Source of the DNA: Bryobacteraceae bacterium
GTDB lineage: Bacteria > Acidobacteriota > Terriglobia > Bryobacterales > Bryobacteraceae
Length of the DNA: 64,000 nucleotides
NCBI GenBank assembly: GCA_044358225.1
Contig: JBIKOG010000008.1
Location: forward strand, 15,595-79,594
Direction of reading: 5' to 3'
The position numbers and the translations under genes were made by a program. The first letter of the stretch is position 1. Each line of letters begins with the position of its first letter. Below, in pieces: positions 1-7,290 of this stretch. The notes beneath the pieces are model-generated. The model was not told where the DNA came from, did no database searches, and worked only from the letters and a program-made list of their open reading frames with translations.

Positions 1-12
1 ACAGGGTTGGGT

Positions 13-1068
13 TCAGGCTAGGCATTCGTGGATGAGTTTTCGGTACTGAGCGGTGCCGCAGTCGGCTGAGAATCGGGTGCGGAGGGAGCGGGTGGCTGCT
101 TCGACCGTTTTCGTCAGCGTTTCGGCGGGTACGTACTGCAGGTATTGCAGTTGGAATGCCAAATCGAAGGCGTCGTTGGCGCGGAAGTGAAAGCCGGTTT
201 TACCGGGGTCGACGATGGCGCCGGCGCCGCCGGAATTGGGGACAAGGACGGGGACGTGGGCGGCCATGGCTTCCAGGATGGCGAGGCCGAAGGGCTCTTC
301 GGGGCAGAGGTGGAGGAGGAGGTCGGACTGGCTGACGCGGAGGGGGATGTCGGGGTGGTAGCCCAGGAAGCGGACGTTCGGATTCCGCGCAAGTGCCCGG
401 GAGCGCAGGAGTTGTTCGTCTTCCCCGGTACCGTAGATTTCGAACTGGAGGTCCTTCAGGGCGGGGGCGAGGTCGAGCGCGTCGAGGAGGACGTCGATGC
501 GTTTGATGGGGTCGAGCCGGGAGACGATGACAATTTTGCGGATACCGGACTTTTGGAACGGCTCGCGGAGGGGGCTCGAATCGACGCGTTCGGGGGCGAG
601 GAAATTCTCGATGACGGAGAGGGTGGCGGGGTCGGCGCCGTGGGCGAGCATCCGTTCCCTAACGTAGTTCGATACAGCCACCTGTTTCGTTCCGAGACGG
701 TTGAGCCAGCGTTTGCGGCCGTAGCTGAGGCGTTCGTCGGCTCCGCCGTGGATAACCTGGATGTTGGCGCAGGGGCGGCCGTAGACGCGGGACCAGAGGG
801 CGGCGGCGAGGGTGTGGAGGACGCGAGTGCCGACGGCGGCGGCGCGCGGGTTGTTCGCGAAGAACTGACGAATATCGGCGGCGAAACGGAGGGGGGTCTT
901 GAAGATGATGGTGCGGAAGCCGAGGCGGCGGGCTTCGGCATGGAAGGGGCCTTCGGGAGCGACGAAGGTGGTTTCGAATTCATCGCTCAGGCCGAGGGCG
1001 GTGGCGAGCGCCATGCGCTCGGTGCCGTAGAGGTTGCCGCTATGCAGCGAGTACAGTAGGGGTGTCAT
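13..1068 (-). CDS. Glycosyltransferase family 4 (GT-B fold)
   Basis: ORF 13..1182. The C-terminal half carries the GT4-type 'EEPFGLAILEAMAAHVPVLV..SGG' signature. Start moved to ATG 1068 (MTPLLYSLHSGNLYG) because the 38 upstream codons are P/S/T low complexity. Confidence 0.8.
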   Translation of the reverse strand: MTPLLYSLHSGNLYGTERMALATALGLSDEFETTFVAPEGPFHAEARRLGFRTIIFKTPLRFAADIRQFFANNPRAAAVGTRVLHTLAAALWSRVYGRPCANIQVIHGGADERLSYGRKRWLNRLGTKQVAVSNYVRERMLAHGADPATLSVIENFLAPERVDSSPLREPFQKSGIRKIVIVSRLDPIKRIDVLLDALDLAPALKDLQFEIYGTGEDEQLLRSRALARNPNVRFLGYHPDIPLRVSQSDLLLHLCPEEPFGLAILEAMAAHVPVLVPNSGGAGAIVDPGKTGFHFRANDAFDLAFQLQYLQYVPAETLTKTVEAATRSLRTRFSADCGTAQYRKLIHECLA

Positions 1069-3067
1069 TCGAGTTTCGTTTCCTGGGAACTTTGTTGAGA
1101 ATGGCGCCGAAGGCGCTGGGGGCGAGGATGTCGAGTTTGTCGAGGGCGGCGGAGACGGCGGTTTTGTTGTCTTTTTCGGCATCGACGATGAGCAGCGAGG
1201 CGCCGAAGACGCGGACGAACTCTTCGGTGGCGAGGCTGGCGGGGAGGGGGGCGGCGTCGATGAGGACGAGGTCCCAGTCGTCGCATTGGGAATCGAGGAG
1301 CGTGATCAGCCGTTCGACGGGGAGCAGATCGTCGCAAAGGCCGGGGCCGGTGGCGATGCGGGGCGGGAGCGCGGCGGTGGCGGGGGCGATGGGGGGCTGC
1401 CCTTCGGTGCGGCCGGCGAGCCAATCGGTGAGGCCTGCGCCGGAGGGGTGGCCTTCGTAGCGGACGTCGCGGGTGAGTGCGTTGGCTTCGACGACGAGGG
1501 AGCGGATGCCGAGTCGTTTGAGGGCGACGGCAAGAGCGAGGGTGAGGGTGGTGGAGCCGCCGCCGTGATCGAGAGCGGAGACGACGATGGCACGGTGCTT
1601 CAACATGTGGAGCTGGCGGCGGATGGAGACGGCGGCGCGGAGGACGTGGGCGGGATCGGCATCGCGACCGACGGGGACCCAGCCGGTGATGGGCAGGCCG
1701 AGGTGGACCTGGAGTTCATCGGGGGCACGGAGGCGGGGGTCCAAGTAGTCAATGCCGAGCGGGACCATGAGGGCGAGGGCGAGGGCGGCGAGGAGGACGA
1801 AGACGCCGAGTTTTGTGCGGCCGCCGCTGATGGGGAATTCCGGCGTCATGGCGGGGGAGAAGACGCGGACGAAGCCGGGGGCTTTGTTTTCCAGGCGGAG
1901 GTAGCTGACGCGGACTTCAATGGCGTTGAGGCGTTTGCGGAGGCGGTCGAGCTCTTCGCCGACTTCCAAGCTGCGCTGGTAGCCGCGGTAGTAGGACTCC
2001 GTTTGCTTGCGGACGGACTGCGATTCCTGGGTGAGCTTCCGTTCGACGGCGGTGGCCTGGGCCTGGCGGGCGCGCTGGATGGTATCGAGGTTGCCGGCCA
2101 GTTTGCTTTGGAGGGAGGCGGTGACGGCTTCGAGTTCCTGCTCGATAGCGCGGATCTCTTTTTCGGCGGCGATGCGGCCGGCGTGCTGGGGTCCGAGGCC
2201 GCGGATGCTGGTAAGGAGTTCAGCCTTACGGGTGTTCAGCGAGCCTTTGAAGCCGTTGAGCCCGGTGTCGTTCATGGCGCTTTGGAGCGCCGTGGCGCGG
2301 GTGGCGTCGGGCGCGGCGGCGGCGGCTTCGGCAACGAAGCGCTGGCGGCGGGCATCGGCAAGGGCGTCGACGGTGCCGCCGAGCTGTTTGTCGAAGCTGT
2401 TGACGATGGCTCCGCTGAAGACCGTAGTGCCGAGTTCCTGGGCGAGGGTGGCGCGTTCATCGATCATTTTGTCGATGTCGGCCTCCACCTGCTGCTTCTC
2501 CTCTTCGAGGTTGCGGAGGCGGGAATCGCTATCGTAGAGCAGTTCGTGGTGGGCGGTGCGCACGTAGCTTTCCATCACTTTGTTGATGATTTCGGCCAAG
2601 CCGGCCGCCTTTTCGCCTTCAAGGGCGACGGTGATCTGGTAGGTATCGGGGACGGGGGAGATCTGGAGGGCGGCGCGGAGGCGGTCCGTGGCGCGGCGCG
2701 GGGATTCCTTGCCGAGGGTCCAGGTAGCGGCTTCGGGAGAGCCGGGAGCCAGGGCGTTGGCGACGATGTCGTAGCGGTTGATGGTGCGGACCTGCTGCTG
2801 GACGAATTCGCGGTACTGGGAGTTGGACTGGAGTTCGTGTTCAGGGTCGGTGTCGAGGTTGCGCAGGAAGCGGGGGGAGACGAACAGAACGCCTTCTGTG
2901 CGGAAGGTGGGCCGGCCCTTCCACCAGGCGGCGGGGAGGCCGAGAACGATGACGGCGAGGGCGATGCCAAGGGCGAGGCGGTAGTGCTGGCGGAGGCTTT
3001 CGAGGGGATTGATGGAACGGGGGGAGGGCTTGGGTTCGGCGTCTGGGCGGTGCGTGGTCATCGTCAC
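1040..3067 (-). CDS. Polysaccharide co-polymerase (Wzz/GumC-like) fused to a degenerate BY-kinase-like P-loop domain
   Basis: N-terminal TM, long coiled-coil region, second TM 'LGVFVLLAALALALMVPLGI', then 'AIVVSALDHGGGSTTLTLALAVAL ... DLVLIDAAPL'. GTGA start/stop overlap with the upstream exporter gene. Confidence 0.8.
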   Translation of the reverse strand: MTMTTHRPDAEPKPSPRSINPLESLRQHYRLALGIALAVIVLGLPAAWWKGRPTFRTEGVLFVSPRFLRNLDTDPEHELQSNSQYREFVQQQVRTINRYDIVANALAPGSPEAATWTLGKESPRRATDRLRAALQISPVPDTYQITVALEGEKAAGLAEIINKVMESYVRTAHHELLYDSDSRLRNLEEEKQQVEADIDKMIDERATLAQELGTTVFSGAIVNSFDKQLGGTVDALADARRQRFVAEAAAAAPDATRATALQSAMNDTGLNGFKGSLNTRKAELLTSIRGLGPQHAGRIAAEKEIRAIEQELEAVTASLQSKLAGNLDTIQRARQAQATAVERKLTQESQSVRKQTESYYRGYQRSLEVGEELDRLRKRLNAIEVRVSYLRLENKAPGFVRVFSPAMTPEFPISGGRTKLGVFVLLAALALALMVPLGIDYLDPRLRAPDELQVHLGLPITGWVPVGRDADPAHVLRAAVSIRRQLHMLKHRAIVVSALDHGGGSTTLTLALAVALKRLGIRSLVVEANALTRDVRYEGHPSGAGLTDWLAGRTEGQPPIAPATAALPPRIATGPGLCDDLLPVERLITLLDSQCDDWDLVLIDAAPLPASLATEEFVRVFGASLLIVDAEKDNKTAVSAALDKLDILAPSAFGAILNKVPRKRNSNDTPTVLAA

Positions 3068-4074
3068 TTGCCCCCTACGAAGCCGGTGCCGAAGAGCATC
3101 CAGCCGGTGAGCGGGCTGAGCTTTTGCATGACGTAGCCGAGCTTGGCCATGCCGGATTTGGAGACGTAGATGATGTCGCCGTCCTGGACGCGGACGTCCT
3201 GATTTTTGGGGAGGCGATAGAAGTCGTTGAGGTTGAAGTCGCGATCGATACCGGCGGTGGGGCGGAGGAGGCGGATCTTGCCGGTTTTGGCGTCGTCGGT
3301 GGGGCCACCGGCTTGCGCAAGGGCGGAGAGGAAGGTCATCTCCGGGGTGACGCGGACGACGCCGGGGCGTTTGACTTCGCCCATGACGTAGACGAGCTGG
3401 TCGTCGGAATCGGGAGTGTAGAGGGTGTCGTTGCGCTGGAGGCGGATGTTGAGGGCGAGATTGGTGCCGTTGAGAAGATTGCGGAGTTCGATCCAGACGA
3501 GTTTGTCGCGGCCGCGGAAGACCATGCAGCGGGCGAGGGCGGCCTTTTCGGCGCCGATGCCGCCGATGGGCAGGCCGCCGGCGCGGGTGACGGCTTCAAG
3601 GAGCGTTGGCTGGCCTTCGAAGCGGAGAAGGCCGGGGTTGGCGACGCGACCGAGGACGAATATCTTGTTGGCTTCGTAGCGTTGGACCTGGACGGTGACG
3701 TTGGGGGCGTCGTAGTATTTGCTCCAGGCCTCTTGCGCGGCCTGGGCGGCCTGGGTGCGGGTGCGATTGGCGATGGGGAAGAGGCCGACGTAGGGGAGGG
3801 TGATGTTGCCGTCGGGCCCGATGATGTGTTTGCCGCTGAGTTCGGCGCGGCCCCAGGCGGCGATTTGAATCTCGTCACCTTCGCCGAGGAGGTAGTCCTT
3901 TTCTTCGGGCGCTTCGAACTCGCGGAGGAGGTCCAGCGCGGTGACGCGATTTTCCTTATTGGGGGTTTCGAAGCCGGATTTTTCTTCGGCGGGCAGCAGC
4001 GTGGCGAGGAAGAGGAGAGCGGCCACGAACTTGAGGGGTTGCATTCGCCTGTAGAAATGCACACGACAGGCCAA
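3064..4074 (-). CDS. Outer-membrane polysaccharide export protein (Wza/OPX-like, Poly_export + SLBB repeats)
   Basis: Signal peptide 'MQPLKFVAALLFLATLLPA'. Motif 'GEGDEIQIAAWGRAELSGKHIIGPDGNITLPYVG' followed by two 'G.V..PG' SLBB-like repeats. Start is TTG 4074 (AAGGAG 7 nt upstream) or ATG 4044. Confidence 0.85.
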   Translation of the reverse strand: MACRVHFYRRMQPLKFVAALLFLATLLPAEEKSGFETPNKENRVTALDLLREFEAPEEKDYLLGEGDEIQIAAWGRAELSGKHIIGPDGNITLPYVGLFPIANRTRTQAAQAAQEAWSKYYDAPNVTVQVQRYEANKIFVLGRVANPGLLRFEGQPTLLEAVTRAGGLPIGGIGAEKAALARCMVFRGRDKLVWIELRNLLNGTNLALNIRLQRNDTLYTPDSDDQLVYVMGEVKRPGVVRVTPEMTFLSALAQAGGPTDDAKTGKIRLLRPTAGIDRDFNLNDFYRLPKNQDVRVQDGDIIYVSKSGMAKLGYVMQKLSPLTGWMLFGTGFVGGK

Positions 4075-4163
4075 AACTGCTCTCCTTTGTTTTCAACAAC
4101 TTTTGGGAGGCTCCTTTGTTTTTAGGCGGGGCGTTGTCATGATTCGAAACAGCACGGAAGGGG

Positions 4164-4562
4164 CTAGCGGGCCACGGCGAGGAAGTTGGCGGTAGCGAAG
4201 GTTTCGTGGAACTCCCTGGGGAGAGGCCCTGGAAGACGAAGCGGATGCGGCGTTCGCCGAGCATCATCGCGGCCTTCGACGTCGTTTTTTGGGAAGTCGA
4301 TGCGGGTGGTGGCGATTTGCTGGCAGTAATCGTCCACGGTGCGAAGGACGACGGTTTCGACGATGCTTTGTTCGATGCCCCAGTGGGACAGATCGCGTTT
4401 GGTGAGAGAGGCTTCGGCGCTGCCGACGAGGTGGCAGTAGAGTTTGCGTTCACCGGCTGGCTGGAGAGGCCGAAGTTTAGTGTGGGGAAGGTTCGAAGCA
4501 GTGGGCCTGGACGCGATTGACGAGAAAGGCGACGTCCTGGGTGGCTTACTGGCCTGCCAGGG
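4164..4562 (-). pseudogene. Possible gene remnant or unannotated small ORF in the gap between the acetyltransferase and exporter genes
   Basis: 399-nt open frame with GC3-rich codons (..ERKLYCHLVGSAEASLTKRDLSHWGIEQSIVETVVLRTVDDYCQQIATTRIDFPKNDVEG..). It casts the same codon-aligned G/A/D/E/V antisense shadow ORF (4206..4520 +) that real genes here cast. The only canonical start is GTG 4337 (57 aa), with no SD. Confidence 0.25.
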
Positions 4563-5121
4563 CTACCTCTTCCGCGGGTTGAGCGTGGGCGACGAAGCGG
4601 CGAGGAACCTCCTGTTCCCGAGACTTGCGGGGCAGGATACGGGCGGGGACGCCGACGGCAATGGAGTTGGCCGGGACGTCGGTGATGACGACGGCGTTGG
4701 CGCCGATCAGCACGTCGTCACCGATGTGGATTTTGCCGAGGAGTTTGGCGCCGGCGCCGATATCGACACGGTTGCCGATGACGGGGGAGCCGGGGTCGTC
4801 GCGGTGTTTGAGACCGATGGTGACGCCGTTGCGGAGGACAACGTCGTCACCAATGACGGCATCGCCACTGATGATGATGCCGCCGAAGTGTTCAATGCGA
4901 AAGCGCTGGCCGATCAAGACTTCGCAGGGGAGATCGATACCGGTGAGGATCTGGGAGAGGGTCTTCAGGACGCGGTAGATCATCGACATGGGTTTGCGGA
5001 GGAGGGCGGGGCGGAGCTGGTAGCGCCAGCGGCCGAAGCGGTAGGGGATCATGACCCAGAAGCCCTGGCTGCTGACGTGGCCTTCGTGCATGCGGTAGTC
5101 TTCGCGGATGTTTTCAAACAT
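4546..5121 (-). CDS. Hexapeptide-repeat O-acetyltransferase (serine acetyltransferase / WcaB-like)
   Basis: Start ATG 5121 (MFENIREDY). LbH repeats 'IGQRFRIEHFGGIIISGDAVIGDDVVLRNGVTIG..IGNRVDIGAGAKLLGKIHIGDDVLIGANAVV'. The upstream part of the track ORF is P/R-rich shadow. Confidence 0.8.
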   Translation of the reverse strand: MFENIREDYRMHEGHVSSQGFWVMIPYRFGRWRYQLRPALLRKPMSMIYRVLKTLSQILTGIDLPCEVLIGQRFRIEHFGGIIISGDAVIGDDVVLRNGVTIGLKHRDDPGSPVIGNRVDIGAGAKLLGKIHIGDDVLIGANAVVITDVPANSIAVGVPARILPRKSREQEVPRRFVAHAQPAEEVALAGQ

Positions 5122-5126
5122 GGTGA

Positions 5127-6110
5127 TTACCAGGGCCGCTGGGGGCAGACCCTTCCTCCATTGGTTTCCTGCCAGGCGGCGGCGAAGAGCGCCACGACGG
5201 CTTGTGATTCTTCGGCCTTGGCGGCGGCGTCGGGGGAGCTCCGGAATGAGTTTCGGAGCAGGCGAACGCGGTGCCAGAGGGTTTCGGCAAACATGACCAG
5301 CCAGGCCTGGGCGGCGTGGTGTTTGCGGTAGTAGAGCAGGGCGCTGCGCATGCGCCAGAGGGTGAGCTGGGAACCGCTGGAGGAGAGGCTTAAGCGGCGA
5401 ATGGTTTTGGAGGATTCGCCGCCGATGTGGACGACTTCGATATCGGGCCAGTAGGCGACGCGGTAGCCGGCGGCTTTGATGCGGCGGCAGAGATCGACTT
5501 CCTCGTAGTAGAGGAAGAAGCGGGGATCGAAGTGGCCGATGGTGTTGAGGACATCGGCGCGGATGATGGAGAAGGCGCCGGGAACCCAATCGGTATCGGT
5601 GGGTTGTTTGGGGTCGGCCCAGGTGCGGTCCGCGCGGCCGAAGAGGCGGGAGGAGCGGAAGCGGGCAGAGAGGCCGGTGAGGCTGAGGCAATCGTTGAAG
5701 AGAGACGGGAAGAGGCGGGCGGAGGGCTGCCAGTGGCCATCGCGGCCGACGAGGAGGCCGCCGGCGAGGCCGACGTTGGGTTCAGCATCCATGTGGGCGA
5801 CGGCGCGGGCGAGGGTGCCGGGGCGGAGGAACGCGTCGGAGTTGAGCAGGACGACGTAGCGGCCGGTGGCCTCGGCGAAGGCGAGGTTGTTGGCGCCGGC
5901 GAAGCCGAGATTGTCGGTACTGGCGATGACACGCACTTCGGGGAATTCGGCGCGGACCATGGAGGCCGAGCCGTCGCGGGAGGCGTTATCGACCACGATG
6001 ACTTCGGTGGTTACGCCCTGGTTGCGGGTGGTTTCGAGGCACTCGCGCAGCATGTCGCGAGTGTTGAAGGAGACGATGACGATGGAGACGTCGGGAGTTT
6101 GATTACGCAC
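5127..6110 (-). CDS. Glycosyltransferase family 2
   Basis: 'VSIVIVSFNTRDMLRECLETT..VIVVDNASRDGS' GT-A N-terminus and 'LLNSDAF' DxD-like motif. GTG start overlaps the upstream stop. Confidence 0.85.
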   Translation of the reverse strand: MRNQTPDVSIVIVSFNTRDMLRECLETTRNQGVTTEVIVVDNASRDGSASMVRAEFPEVRVIASTDNLGFAGANNLAFAEATGRYVVLLNSDAFLRPGTLARAVAHMDAEPNVGLAGGLLVGRDGHWQPSARLFPSLFNDCLSLTGLSARFRSSRLFGRADRTWADPKQPTDTDWVPGAFSIIRADVLNTIGHFDPRFFLYYEEVDLCRRIKAAGYRVAYWPDIEVVHIGGESSKTIRRLSLSSSGSQLTLWRMRSALLYYRKHHAAQAWLVMFAETLWHRVRLLRNSFRSSPDAAAKAEESQAVVALFAAAWQETNGGRVCPQRPW

Positions 6111-7290
6111 GGGCGGTCTCCGCCTGGCTGCGGGCGGTGCGGACCCAGGCAGCGCGGCTGCTGGAGGCGCGGAGGGTGGCGGGGATCTGGCGGAGCTTCC
6201 AGAGCAGGTAGAGCGGGACGGAGAGGATGGTGGCGAAGTCCCGGCGGGGGCTGCTGCCGTGGCCGACGGCGGTGAGGAGATGCGCGAACAGGACGGCGGC
6301 GCCGGCGAGGGCGAGGCCGCGGCCGATGGGGGACGGGATGAGCAGCGCGGTGAGGAGCAGGATGGAGTGATAGGCGAGGGGGAGCGTCAACAGTTCCAGC
6401 AGCACCTCCTTCAGCGCGCGGTTGCCGAAGAGCCAGCCGCCGGCGATTTCGGCGCCGCGTTCGCGGAGCATGCGGAGGCGGCCACCTTCCCAGCGGGCGC
6501 GCTGGGTGACGCGGCCGGTTTGCGTGCCGGGCATGGCGCCACGGACGGTGGTGGATTCCAGGAACTGGACGCGAATTCCCTGCTCCACCAGGCGGAGATG
6601 GTATTCGAGATCTTCGACGACCGAATCCGCCGTATAGGGGACGCGGGCGAGGGTTCGGGCCGACACGGCGAAGCCATTGCCGAGGATGCCGGCGGAGAAG
6701 CCGAGGCGGGAACGGCCCTTGGGGCGGACGAGATTGAAAGCGCGGAGAGCAAGATCGAACCGGGCGAAGCGTTCGGGGTCGGAGACGAGGTAGGCGCACT
6801 GGACGGCGTCGGCCCCGTTGTGGAAAGCGATGGCGACTTCTTCGATGAGGTTGGGAGCGGCTTCGGTATCAGCGTCGACGACCAGGAAGGCATCGAAGTA
6901 AGATCGCTGGCCGAGGAGGGTGAAGGCGAAGTGGAGGGCGTGGCCTTTGCCGCGGAGGGTGTCGTTGTTGCGGACGATGAGGTCGGCACCGGCGGCGCGG
7001 GCGATGGTTGCGGTTGCGTCGGTGCAGTTATCGGCGACGACGAAGAGGGTTGCCAGTTCGTCGAAGCGGTGGCAGGCGCGGACGCTTTGGAGGCAGGCGC
7101 GGATGGTTTCGCCTTCGTTGTGGGCGGGGATGACGACGGCGAGGCGAGGGAGCCGCGCGGCAGAGGGGCGGGGGGCAGGGCGGGCGGGCAGCCAGCTGCC
7201 AAAGGTGACCAGGGCGAGTTCGATGGTCCCTGGGAGGGTGGCGGCCGCGGCGGCGAGGCCGGCGACGGAGGTGATGAGTTCAGCGGTCAT
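6103..7290 (-). CDS. Membrane-associated GT2, synthase-like (Q-x-x-R-W motif)
   Basis: Start ATG 7290 (MTAELITSV). 'LAVVIPAHNEGETI', 'VVDADT', 'QRARWEGG', and C-terminal TM helices. Confidence 0.8.
   Translation of the reverse strand: MTAELITSVAGLAAAAATLPGTIELALVTFGSWLPARPAPRPSAARLPRLAVVIPAHNEGETIRACLQSVRACHRFDELATLFVVADNCTDATATIARAAGADLIVRNNDTLRGKGHALHFAFTLLGQRSYFDAFLVVDADTEAAPNLIEEVAIAFHNGADAVQCAYLVSDPERFARFDLALRAFNLVRPKGRSRLGFSAGILGNGFAVSARTLARVPYTADSVVEDLEYHLRLVEQGIRVQFLESTTVRGAMPGTQTGRVTQRARWEGGRLRMLRERGAEIAGGWLFGNRALKEVLLELLTLPLAYHSILLLTALLIPSPIGRGLALAGAAVLFAHLLTAVGHGSSPRRDFATILSVPLYLLWKLRQIPATLRASSSRAAWVRTARSQAETARA

Noticed and set aside
1034-3136. Long ORFs antisense to confident genes, for example 145-1059(+), 1034-3136(+), 11021-12949(+), 12919-14130(+), 34481-35716(+), 37684-38871(+), 40623-41627(-), 44626-47925(-, 1099 aa), 48203-49627(-), 51946-53853(-) and 60943-62082(-).
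   Set aside because: All are G/A/D/E/V/F-rich with no motifs and sit codon-aligned opposite genes with strong family signatures. They are typical shadow ORFs of a high-GC genome.
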